From positions 10,788,001-10,852,000 of the forward strand of contig OY740818.1 of NCBI GenBank assembly GCA_963514005.1: a stretch of DNA of 64,000 nucleotides, in the 5' to 3' direction. Source of the DNA: Raja brachyura. Taxonomy: Eukaryota. The position numbers were made by a program, and so were the translations under genes. Each line of letters opens with the position of its first letter. Within the stretch, counting starts at the first letter, position 1. This document shows positions 25,036-37,421 of the stretch, in pieces. The notes under the pieces are model-generated. The model saw nothing but the letters and a program-made list of their open reading frames with translations. It ran no database searches and was not told the origin of the DNA.

Positions 25036-27906
25036 AAAAGGTGTGTAATACAGGCACATAATTTGCACACAGAATGAACTCAATGGTATAATTGCTGTGT
25101 GAGTAATGTTGGTTGACTGATAAATATAGGCCACTACCATGAGGCCTTTTGCATCCACATGAAATTTTACCTGCAAGATTACAAAACTTGCCTAAATGTT
25201 CGATACAAAAGGCTGAAGTAACTCAGCGGGTCAGACAGCATCTCTGGAGAAAAGGAATAGATGACGTTTTGGGTCGAGACCCTTCTTAAGTGTTAAGTAT
25301 TAACCTAATTTATGTGCTGAAGTTCCTTGGCTGGAGCATAATACACATGGTCATATATTATGTCAATAAGAAAAGTCAACAGGTTTATAGCAGTTAGCTT
25401 TTTGTGAATTTTATCATAAATCTTATGGCAAACTGTTACCTTATAGGGATTTGGTTTCGGTGCAATGCAAATGGTTTCACAACTAATTTTGAACCCAAAT
25501 GTTTTTTTTTTCTTTTCAAATTATTTGACACCGAAAATTAACTTCTTTGAAAGACAGAAATATTTGAGCTTCAACCATTAAACTCAAAGCTCAGCTTTCA
25601 ATTCTATAAGTGCTGAGTTTAATATAAGCATTAACATGATTCTAATGAATTCTTTAGGAAATATGTTTATTTTTTGTACATGCCACCTAGATTTGAGGAT
25701 TCTGTTGGTCTCGGCCTGTTACAGAAATCATAAGAATACATTTTGTTTGGACTATCTTTGCAGGTGAACATTGTTTAGAGTTAAATAAACCAAATATTCC
25801 AGTGACATTCAAAATAAATACTAACCTAAATTATTAATGGATTGGTGATGCAGGCTCCAATGCTCAATTCTCTGTGGCATGTTCTGATTGTTTAAGTTTC
25901 AAGTAGGGTGCATAGTCAGTGGCCTAACCAAGATTGGTTGACTATTCCTTTGGTGGTTGATTCATTCACAGTTTATTGCGTATCAAAGTCGTGGTTTCAC
26001 TGTTCACCACATTGTGCTTAAACATAGTTACCATGTTGAAGTCTATTCCGTGGAACAATGTAATCTATGGTCATAAGTAGATACAAAATGCTGGAGTAAC
26101 TCAGCGTGACAGGCAGCATCTCTAGAGAGAAGGAATGGGTGACATTTCGGGACGAGACTCTTCTTCAGACTATGGTCTAATCTATAGTCTATTATAGTCT
26201 ATTAAAGAAAATGGGGGTGAGGGATCGCTTCCACCAACAAGCAATCAAGTCATTATCAAATTCTGCAGAAAAAAGTAGCAATTAGATTTGGATCAAAAGG
26301 AGAGATAACAATTGGGCTGCAATTGAGGGTATGAAATTGAGGGGGGTGTAACTGGGACACCAGGTGTCACCATTGTGGGCTTATCAATGAAACGTCAAAG
26401 AAGGAGAGTGCTCAACTGATAACCCCAATGACGTACCTACCCTACCTTTCACCACTCCAATCCCACTGCAAATAGTAAGAGTGCCGACTTATTGCAGGGA
26501 TTGAAACATCAAGTCCTATTAGCTCTACTATGGGCATTATAGTCTTTAATACTGATTTGCTTTTGAGAGTATTGTTCAGTTTCAAATTAAGTTTGCTTAT
26601 GTATATCTTCATAATATATTCTTAGCAGGAAGTTGCTTAAAAGCCCTGCTGAATTTGAGCACATAATTTAATCATATTCTGATGGCTTAATAACTTTCAA
26701 GATTGATTTGCATAAATATCAGATAGGGAATGGACCACGCATGGTTTTAATTGAATAGTGGGACTAATGCTCCAGATGGCCACCCTTGCCATATTACTCC
26801 ATGATTCTATCTAATTTATTTCTTAATCCTGGACACTTTACGTAATTTACTCGCAATTAGTGTGGTAGTTTATTGCAAAAAGTATTTTTGGTTCAGTATT
26901 CTTGGAGGGTATCTGCCTCATGTTTTACTAATTTACCATATGAGTGGTTCACATTTCTATCTGTGCAAGTCAAGGGCTGAGGTCAAATGGAGTTAACATT
27001 TTAAAAGGGCATGCAATGGCGAAAATTGGATTTAAAGTTTATATTGGTTCTACTAAATATTCGGGTCTCAAGCACTGTTTATGGGCCCTGTTCAGCATGG
27101 GTAACTATCGTGGAGAAAATGGGAAGATTGCATGCAAGCAAAATTGTAAAATAACAGCATTAGAATGAGAGCAAAGAAGTTCACATGTGTTGCTGATAAA
27201 CACAAAACAGTGGTCACTGTTATAGGATGTGGGGGAGAAGTGCTGGTGGTATGCTATTAGTTATTGGGTAAAGAAAGTGTATGACTGCTAACACTGGCAC
27301 ATACTCTGGTGCTTGCACAATCCAATTGTTTGGTGTCATGTGAGCACATTGTTCCAAGTGGAAATTTAGAATAACCAGCTGCTGCAACGGTTGTCTGAAA
27401 CAATTTATTCTGAAATTATTAGAAATGCCATTTTTCCGATCGCATTCATTAAGAGATTTTAAAATGCCTTCTTTCACATTTTAGTACCGAACTTTACATT
27501 AATGATAGAATCATTACAAAGTTTCCAGATGTTTATGTATATTTGCTTGGACATCCATTAAATGCTTATAATAACGTACAGTGAGTATCAGAATATGAAA
27601 GTTTTCTGTGATCAAGCTTGTTATTGATTTAATGGATTGTTATAATTTTTTTTTGTGTGAGACCATAGCATTTACTGAACCTATTTTAGGAGAATGAGTG
27701 GTGATTGCATTGAGTCATTGAAAATTCTTACTGGGCTTGACATTGTAGATGGAACATATATTTTCCTTGGCTTGCGTGTCTTGAACCAGGGCTCACAGTC
27801 TTAAATTAGGTGCTGATTTAAGATCAAGTATAAACGTCTTTAGTCAGGTTAGCTGGTCGTTCAAATTCTTTACCCATGGAAAAATGTGGAGATTCAATCT
27901 CTGAGT

Positions 27907-28215
27907 ATTTAGTTTAGTTTAGAGATACAGAGCAGAATCAGACCCTTCAGCCCAAAGGGTCCACGCCGACCAGCAATCTCCGCACACTTACACTATCCTA
28001 TACACACTCGGGACAATTTACAATTATACCACGACAATTAACTTACAAACCTGTATGTCTTTATAGTGTGGGAGGAAACTGGAGATCCCGGAGAAAACCC
28101 ACGCAGGTCACGGGGAGAATGAACAAACTCCATACAGCCAAACAGCCGTAGTCAGGATTGAACCTGGGTCTCTGACGCTCTAAGGCAGCATATCTACTGC
28201 TGCACCTCCATGCCA
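27907..28215 (-). mobile_element. V-SINE (HE1-like)
   Basis: (tttag)n tail, gtgtgggaggaaactggagatcccggagaaaacccacgcaggtcacggggagaat core and tRNA-like head on the minus strand. Confidence 0.88.
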
Positions 28216-28949
28216 CCCAAATATATTTAATTCAGATTTGTGGAGAAACTGACACTGAGTTAAAGGATCTTGTTGAATAACGGAACAAGAACAATGTGCT
28301 GAATGGCCCTCTACTTCCATTTCTGTTGTTCTGAAATAACATTTTGACATCTCTGAACCAAGTAGCTATAAAGGTTTCTACAGGAAAATAGGATATAACT
28401 TTTATAAATGGTATTATCATGGTGTTGGAGGGAATTTTGTGTTATACTTGTACCCTGAATCTGGCTTTACTAGGGGCCTCGCTCAGATAGGAACAAGCAC
28501 AAAATAAAACATCTCAAAGATCAGTGGTGAATTTCTCGAACAAGTCGGCTTATTAAAGGCCTTGACAGTGCGCACTGGTAAAAATACTCTGAGAAAACCC
28601 AAATGGTGAGTGGCAGAACCTGGGCCCTGATAATTATTTGTTGAGTACAACAAATGGGACCCCATCAAGTGGCCACTAAGCACTGAACCCGAGTCTCGGG
28701 AGCAAGAGAACCAGGTACCTGAAGACCAGGAAGGGAGCATGGGGACCTAGACCCTGGAAGTGGACAGGGAGCATGGTGACCTAATGAGAAGGAAGGCAGC
28801 ATAGGTACTGGGGTCCCAGAAAGTAGAAAACAAGGGCAGGAACAGGGGCCGTGTTGAGTAGAAATTGCCAACCTCATCTAATGAGTCAGATGCCAAACCA
28901 TGAGAATATCCAAGGGATGGATGCTCAGATTTTATTCTTTCTCAGGTGG

Positions 28950-30900
28950 AAATAGCATTTTCTCAGAGAAAAAAAAAGCTTTCTCAGGATTCATGTGCAA
29001 TGTTACACTGCTTCTGGGATATCACTTTAGTAATGTCAAGTTTTATTTTTAATATTGCAGGATACATTTAAGAAGTCTCAAGGTTATCATCTATGATGCA
29101 GTTATGCTTTTCCTTGAAGCCACAGTAGGGATAAGGCAAGTTTTACAGTTAACTTTGTGTCTCAATTTAGAATTACTGATGTAGAACTTCAGCGTTTTCT
29201 GCAGTATTTTTGGCAAAGCAAGTCAGAGCACTGATGGGTGAAAAGTTCAGTGCTAAATTCCTTTGATTCTGGGATAGCTAAAAATTAGCCTGAGGGATTT
29301 CCCCTTTTCTGAAATTCTGGAAATTGTTAAGAATTCATGCTTCCACAGAGCTTTAGAAGACCCAGATTCATGATTGTTCAAAGATTACCTGGCAGTATGA
29401 AAATGGAAGCCTATCTTGCAGCATTTGTGTATAAACCAGTTTGATTAGCCTGAAAGTTTGTAAATCGATTGAATCAAGAGGTAGGGCAGGTTATTCCATG
29501 AAGATTATTAAGATAGACTGTTAAGTCAGGAGGATAGACAGTTCGAGGAATCACAAGCCCGTTACCCTTTCTCAGAGGAATCTTTCAACATTAACATTTT
29601 TTGGATTTGTGTTAATGAGTTACAGACTTTATCTCTGTTGCATGGTAAATCGTATCTGCTTATTCAGCATCAATGTATTTGGAAATATTCTGCAAGTTAC
29701 AGAATTTGAATCCATGAGATTTCATGAAATTGACTGTAGAGATGATGATATTTATTGCAAGTATAAATAAAACTTTTTAAAAAAGGTTTTGCTAGTGAAT
29801 TACACTATAATAGTAGATGAGCTGCACCTCCAACACCCAGAGAGTGCGCAGGATATGTGAACATTGCAACGTTCCATTGTGTTCCAATGTCACCGACAGC
29901 ACACCATCTGTCAAAACACTAATCAGTTTTTCCATTTCAAACTCAAAACCTCAATTTTATTCTGGTAATTGATAAAACAAATGCGAATGAACCCGAAGAT
30001 GTCTGGATTACCTGGGCCTGTACTACTGGAGCATAGGAGGGTGGGGGGGGGGATCTCATTGAAACTTGCCGAATAATGGAAATGACTGGATAGAGTGGAT
30101 GTGGAGAGGATGTTTCCATTAGTGGAGAGTCTCAGAGCAGAGGACACAGCCTTCGAAGGAAAGGGCCTACATTTAGAAAGGAAATGAGCAGGAATTTCTT
30201 TAGTCAGAAGGTGGTGAATCTGTGGAATTCATTGCCACCAACTGCTGTGGAACTCAATTCCTTGGGTATTTTAAAATCAGAAATTGATAGGTTCTTGATT
30301 AGTAAGGGAGTCAAAGGTTATGGGGAGAGGGCAGAGAAATATGGTTGGAGGGAAAGATAGATCATTCACAATTGAATGGTGGAACAGAATAATTCTGCGC
30401 CTATATTATGAACAAATCCTTGTGCATTCTTCCATGAGGTGAAACCATTCTGTTGATTCTTTGTAAGCTGTGACAATCTTTTTGTTTAGTGTTTAAAGCT
30501 TCAATTGAACACAGTGTTTTGCACGCAACTAATGAGCAGTTTTCTTCTAATCTACATATCTAATGGAAGCAATCTGTAGCCCAGCTCTGAGAGTTTCAGA
30601 TTCTTTCTGCACATTTTGCAAGATTTTCTTCTCGCAGGCAACTGTTGTCTAACATGTGTACAGTTTCTGTCTGTGTGCAGTTATATTGCAGGTTGATATG
30701 AGCCTGTTTGGTGTTACAACCTTTATTAAAGTTGAATTATTTTTGGCACTGCAATTTTTCCATTACATATCAAACATTAATTCAGCCCTCTTTCTTCAAC
30801 AAAGCAGCATTTTTCTGTGCAAGCCTCTTGGAATTTCACTATTTTCCATCTATGTTTATCTGCTTTATCACCACCATGACCTTTTTGCTTCATTTATTTC
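28950..30900 (-). mobile_element. Decayed hAT (Charlie/SPIN/GTF2IRD2-like) transposase, interrupted by CR1
   Basis: Manual minus-strand translation: KFQEACTEKCCFVEE...CLICNGKIAVPK (BED-like), LKWKN..SVLTDG, SVIH*Q (cf. CIIHQ), VNFMKSHG...IDAE*ADTIYH. Confidence 0.7.
30010..30410 (+). mobile_element. CR1 3' fragment inserted in the hAT remnant
   Basis: ggatagagtggatgtggagaggatgtttccattagtgggagagt-like segment through aggaatttctttagtcagaaggtggtgaatctgtggaattc to the 3' UTR. Confidence 0.85.
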
Positions 30901-33042
30901 ACCAGTTCTTGCACTCTTTTTCGTAGTTCTTTTATTCCCATGCTCTTTGCTGACCGTGCTGCCTCTGTGTTGCTCTCTTGTTTCTCTCCAGCTTGTAGTG
31001 TGCTCTTCACCCTTCTCTTGCTTTGGTGCGTGTGGTACCACTTTGTCATTTCCGGTACACCATCCAACATTGCCAACAATGCTGTTGTCTTCTGCAAACC
31101 TTTTATTACTCCTTTGATCAAATAATGGTGCTTACCTGCTTGGAACACATCATGGCACTGAGGTGGGATGGATGTAACCATTGGGGTCTCTGCTGCGTAT
31201 ATAGGTAATAAAATCAACAAGTTTACCGAAGGGATATATCGTGTGACTAATTTGCGATAAGAATCTGATGCAGATTACCGATATTCATAGTTATGGGCTT
31301 TGTCTTTGATATTTATTAATATCATTAAATAACCACTTTACTAAGCAGGTAAATTTTAGTCTCTTAAATTTTGTCATCTAAAGTAAATAATGAGAATGAG
31401 TAAGAATGTATAGAGATAAATCTCCTTTCCACAGTGTATTTATCGAACAGCTGCTTTTGTCAAATTATTCAGTCTCAATTGACAACTCTTTCGAAGGATT
31501 ATGAGCTTACTAATTAATTTCAGTCAAGTTATTATTGTGAGTTTCAAACCTCCTTTTCAATACTCACTTCTAGTAAATTCATTTCAGGAATGCAGATTTT
31601 AAAAATCGCCCAATCATACTGGCATTTTGATTTAATGGATACTTGAAATTTTTAACGCTTCTTAATGTAAAGGATCTTGTTGAATAACAGAACAAGAACA
31701 AGGTGCTGAATGGCCTTGAATGGTACTTTTGTACCATTTTGTTATGATGCACCTGTTCTTACTTTTCTGTCGTTGAACTGGAGATGAGCAACAATTTCCA
31801 TTATGTTGTTATCAGAATTTGTGAATGATTGACTTTTATTCCAAATACTCATCTGCAGGATATATTGTAGTTTTGAATGTAAATTTCAACTATTTTTTCC
31901 TATTTATCACAAATTCTTATTTGCTGACTTTTGATTTGTTTCTAATAAATCATTTCTATATTTGATAAGTACAATCTTCCCTCGATATTACGGACTACTT
32001 TGTAACTGATTTTGGTTATAGAAGATAGGGTGTCCCTCCAGTACTAATCAGGCACCACTGTCCCTTTCAGAGCACAGGCTGCAAGTTGCACTGTGGGAGG
32101 CCATTAAAATTGCCATGTAATTGCTTTGATCAACACTTGTGCAACGATAATTAAACAATGTAACAGCCTTTAATATTTTTAGCAATGCAGTAACAAAAGT
32201 ACGTTTAGCTGTTAAAAAGAACTTTGTATTTTAGAACAACTCATTGTTTCATCGAGTAACCACTAAGTGCTTGGAGCGAATTCCTCACTCTGTTATCGAC
32301 AATAACGGACACCAAAGGAAATGGAATGGAATTCAAATTTCTGGAAATGTTTTTTATCTTAAGTCTGATCAACTCAATGATTAGTCATGAGTCTCATCTT
32401 CAATGGAGATCAAACATAAATTGAGAAACCAGAACAAATAGCTGTTAACGGGTTCTGCCTGAGTATTTCCAGCATTTTTCCTTCATTTCAAATGTGTGCT
32501 TTCTAAGTATTTTGCTTTCGTATCACATTGCCCCATGGCATCAACATGTGTGAGATTATCTTAAAGGTGTATAATCAATCTAATTATCAAAATTTGCATC
32601 AGTGTTACGTTTACTGTCCTTCCCAGTCTTACAAATGAAGTTATGCTTGCTTTATTTATCCATTCTTATCAACAAAACTGCTTCTGGCCCTTCACTTACG
32701 TAGTTCATGATGAATGTTTAGTTGCGTGGGCAAGAGTAATTGTAGGGCTGTATGTTACTGATTATAAATGACATCATAAACATAATCCTAAACAGCATAA
32801 TTCAATCATATAGAATATTTATTAATAATTATTGTTTGGATTTGAATGTAAAGTAACTGTCTTTGAAATTCTGAAGTTTGGATTTAAATGAAATTCTGCT
32901 ATATATTGCTGAGATGTGAGATGTAATACTTTTTTAATACTGCTTATAAGATGTATTTTTATATTTAAAGATATCAATTAATTATTATAAAATCAATGTT
33001 GATTTGTTTTTCTTTTGTCTTGCTAAATTTATTTCCCCAAAG

Positions 33043-33239
33043 CCTTGAAATTTGGTATTGGTGATCTTGCAAACTCTTTAGACATCATTGAGGAGAAACT
33101 AAATCATCCAGCACGAAAACGAAGGCATGCAAAGAAAGATGACTACAACATTGAAGCTCTATTGGCAGTAGATGATTCAGTTGTTCGATTCCATGGAAAA
33201 CAGCATGTTCAGAACTATGTTCTGACCCTAATGAATATT
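33043..33239 (+). CDS. adamts14: ADAMTS14-like coding exon (prodomain end, furin site, start of metalloprotease domain; phase 1 to phase 0)
   Basis: Pyrimidine-rich tract with aag ending at 33042, and donor gtaagt at 33240. Translates (A)[69 protein letters not shown] at 33114-33125. Joins in frame to the upstream exon (g+cc = Ala). Confidence 0.95.
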
Positions 33240-36140
33240 GTAAGTGGCCTTATATACTATTTATTGTATTTTATTCTTCCTTCATTAGTAACAATTGAAT
33301 TTTGTGTCACCCATAAATCTGTAATTTGAAGTTAGTGTACGTAACATTTATCATTTTCTGTATTCTCATTGAATCTGGAGTTGTACAGTGGGATGATATC
33401 ATGAACGTGTGAATTTTCCACTCTAGGCTATTCTAGCACAGTCATTAATTAATGTAAATGGTATTGTACCTCCACAGTGAGGGATGAGATAAAACAGCTG
33501 AACAGATTATGTGCATAGCTGTCCATTTCATTGAGTAATGTTGAGAACGATGTGTTCAATTATATATATTTATTTAAAAATACCAAGAAGTTCATCAAAT
33601 ATGCACAGCACAAACAGACATTATCATCACAGACCTGCTGTTTGTAAATTTTGCAGTTTGTAAACATGTTTGCACTTTGGGTTTTCCATTATACTTTGTG
33701 CCAATGTACCTTGCATGAAAGAAAACTGGTAACTCAGCGTGTTACTGGTAACACGAGAAAGGCCAGGAGGCTTGAGGAAGCAAAATAGAATGTTAGCAGG
33801 ATTAGGGCAAGGTTTGGATGCCAGCAAGTACCGTGAATCTGAGGCCTGCATTCACTAGGTGGCTACGATTGTAAAGACTGCAAGCTTGGTGATATGGACG
33901 ATAAGTGCAATATAAATGGTAAAGGAGCATCCCCGGGTAAAAAACAAGTTCTGTTTTTCCGTACAATTTTGTCCCCATGTTAGAAAATAGACGAGTATAA
34001 CTTGATATAATAACCATACCTCCATAGTATTGCAATGAATGTCATCAAAAGCACATTAGACTGATGTGAATTAATCTTCTGGCCCAGCCTGTCATGAGGA
34101 AATTTGTTCCATGATTTACTAAAGTCCATTTAGAATGGTTTCCATTTTGAAAACATCCACATCATTTTCATTACCTCTTCAAGCGCACACATCAAATTTG
34201 TGAGAGAGTACCTCCTCCACAAAAAGCTGTATTGACTGATTATGATCCAATTATGATGGTCTATTTATATATTTAAAACACCCTCCTGGATATAATTAAT
34301 AGATTCTGCCCCATCTGACACTAAATTTCTAATCAGCAGCAAGTCTGGGTACATTACACAAGATCCCTTTATTCAAACCATTGATAAAATGTAAGGATGA
34401 CATCCAAGTATTGTTTCTACCTAGAAATATTTAGCACTATAGTATTGCACTTATTGGCTGATTAGAAATATTGGATTTGTTATAGCTAATCACCAGTTGT
34501 GAAGTAACATTATGATTTGTACATGCTCAAGCGAAAATCAGTTTAAAGCTAGATTACCTTCTGTTACCCTGCTAGTTAGAGATAACTTGGATTATCTCTT
34601 GGGTTACTTTTCATAGAATTATGTTTGAATTTAGTTCATTTTTTGTTATTGTGGCATTCATTTTTTTTGAAAAATGGCCTGTCGGCAATAACCAGTTAAT
34701 GTATATAATGCTTGAATTGTAAGAAGTTTTGTTTCACTTTTGTTCTAATTATTCATAAAGTCTTTGCAAAATTACCAGTATCTCCTAAATATTGTCTCTC
34801 TGGCCTTTTCCTCGCCAGTTTTGCTCATTTTACCATAATGATCAATAAGCCTGTGTATGTGCCAGTAATATTTAGTTTTATTGTTCCACTATCATCAACT
34901 GGTGACAGGATACAACTGGATGATTGCTTGTCTAGTATTATTGAGAATGGGCCAGATTTTTGTTTTGCCACTTTGTGTTCAAGACTGAATGCATGCTGTC
35001 CAGTCACTACTTATAAACACTGCAGCTTAGTTTGTGATCTTTTTTTTCCTTTGAGTGCCACAATGTAATGTACGTTACTTTGGTGAACTGCTAAATTCTC
35101 AGCTTAGCTTCAAATCCTAAATTCTGTCCCATTTCCAGCTCTATAATATTTTCCTGCTGTTTCTGTTCCAATTTTAACCTGTGCCTATGGAAAATGTGAA
35201 GTGTTAACGATTCCAAACATACAATAATTTTATTATTTTTTATTTTATATGCCTTTCTTTACTCTGTTACATCAAATTTTCCAGTGAATGAGTCTCATGG
35301 TATGCTAAATTTTGTATGTTTACTCATCCATGAAGCACCTTGGAACTATTTACTGAAAATTGCATATCTGCGCTGAGATTGATGGGCAGTGCAGCCGTTT
35401 GAGAACAATACTGGATGGTGAAGTAAGCTGGCTTGTATCTGCATTGTAAAATGCCTTACAAATACTAAATTAATCTCCTGATCTTTTAGTTTAGTGTTTC
35501 CGTTCACTAGGCCTGATAAGTTTGCCCTTTAAAGTTAAAAGTTACTCAGTGCACAAGAATGCACAAGAATATACAATTGTTGCAATACTTTATGTTTTTA
35601 AAACTTGGTCTCTTTTCCATCTGCGCCACTACATAATAAAATATTGTTCTTGAAGCTCCATAGAAAGATGGTAGCATGGATGGAATCTCCTGAAATATAC
35701 TAGTACGTCGAATTGGGGGGACCCAATTGAAGCATCTGATTTTTCAGTGGCAGCAATTAGCAAAGAAAGATTAATAGTAAAAAAATGCCCAGAATTTGAC
35801 AGGGTGAGATATTCAATTGCTCTTGCATTATCTTATTAAATCTTTCCTGCAGTTTTCTAAAAATGCGATCTAATGTAGGTTAGCAAAGGAAATAGGGTCT
35901 GAAAATGTCATCTTTAACCTCTTGGGTACAGCTTGTGTGGTGTGCTTTAAGATTGTGTTCCCTAGTAAATAATGTAATTAGGTTGCCTAGTGCAACAATG
36001 CCCTGTTTACATTCCAGCATACTAAGTCATTAATGTGTTTAAAATTGCACAGCTGCTCTCATTTAACCTCACAGCTATGGACTTCACATCTAGCCCTTAA
36101 AGGGCCACTTGCAGAAATAAACCAGTGTTGTTCCAACTAA

Positions 36141-36178
36141 TGTTTAAGAAGGAACTGCAGATGCTGGATTTGTCTACC
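36141..36178. mobile_element. 38-bp Penelope-family micro-insertion
   Basis: tgtttaagaaggaactgcagatgctgg+atttgtctacc between a perfect 13-bp TSD ttgttccaactaa (36128-36140, 36179-36191). Confidence 0.7.
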
Positions 36179-36462
36179 TTGTTCCAACTAAAGTATGTTG
36201 CTTTCTCAAATATGGCTTCTGTAATAATGGAGTAAATAATAAAAGGTTTCAAATGTGGCCTGTCTTAGAGCAGTGGAGAACGGTGTCCACTGAAGGGATT
36301 GCATCTGTTTCAGACATCCTCAGAGAACCTCCAATGCTCTATTCACGTGCTCCTGGTATTAGATACCTATGTGTGCATGGAGTAAGCAGTGAGGCTACAT
36401 AGTAATGAGCAGGCACGGAAATCGCTATCAAAACATGGGGGGGGGACACAATATCTTGGCGG

Positions 36463-36463
<1 letters not shown>

Positions 36464-36503
<40 letters not shown>

Positions 36504-36532
36504 CGCATACGCACACACGCATACGCACACAC
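36464..36532. repeat. (CA)n microsatellite with CG/TA interruptions
   Basis: Visible dinucleotide run. Confidence 0.95.
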
Positions 36533-36774
36533 GCTAGACTTCGGCCATGGGTCCTGTGGACGGTAACATCGGAAGCTGACCTGCTTGGTGAACGACTCCA
36601 AACTCCAGCAACAGCAGCTTGGTCCACCCCAAATCGTGGGGCTTGAATCGGCCCGTTCGTGGGGCTTTTCATCGGCCGGCGGGGACTTCAACATTCAATT
36701 CAAACTTCAATTTGTGGCTGAGTGTGAAATAAACTGGGGTATTTCCAACTAATGGCTAGGATGTAATGAAAATA

Positions 36775-36995
36775 AACTGCAGATGCAAGTTTATGCCAAA
36801 GATAGACACTAAATGCTGGAGTAACTCAGTTGGTCAGGCAGCATCTATAGAGTAAATGGGTAGGTGACGTTTCAAGGGTAAACAAAAAGCTGGAGAAACT
36901 CAGCGGGTGCAGCAGCATCTAAGGAGCGAAGGAGGTAGGTGACGTTTCGGGTCGAGACCCTTCTTCAGACTTAAGTCTGGACCCTTCTTCGGACT
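36775..36995 (-). mobile_element. Stacked Penelope-derived mini-elements
   Basis: Two tandem gctggag(t/a)aactcag...gcagcatct...ggtgacgtttc units. An intact gacgtttcgggtcgagacccttcttcag lies at ~36941-36968. Confidence 0.72.
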
Positions 36996-37421
36996 GATTG
37001 TAGGTGGGAGATACTGGAAGTAATGGTTAGAAGTTCTCTATGAAACCAAACTCTGTGCTGCTGGTCAGCTCAATTTAGCACATTAAATAATTGGTTTGAT
37101 TTTTCAATAATTGAATCCAAAGATTTTTCTGGAGCACCTAGATTGATTGGAAGTAATTATAACTTTATTCTATTATCAGTTATCCATTTTGTTGTGAAGG
37201 GTATATTATGGTGGAGAACTTTGAGATATAGGAATCAGTTCTTTGTTGCTGATGCTATCATCACAAGCTGCATTCTAAAGAATCGCTAACTTTGTAGTTA
37301 GAATGGCCTGAATTTAGTTGTAAAGGCATTGATATTGTCAGATTGAGATAATGGTGCATTCTGGCTGCTTGCCTTTGGTCTCACTTTTATTGCAAAAGTT
37401 AGAGAATACCATGTTAGATAT

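Noticed and set aside
30656-31117. 153-aa hydrophobic ORF
   Set aside because: Antisense to an A-rich hAT remnant; no splice or homology support.
33240-33329. Extension of ORF 33045..33329 as a hydrophobic tail
   Set aside because: Homology stops at a consensus gtaagt donor and resumes in exon 62216-62299, so this is intron.
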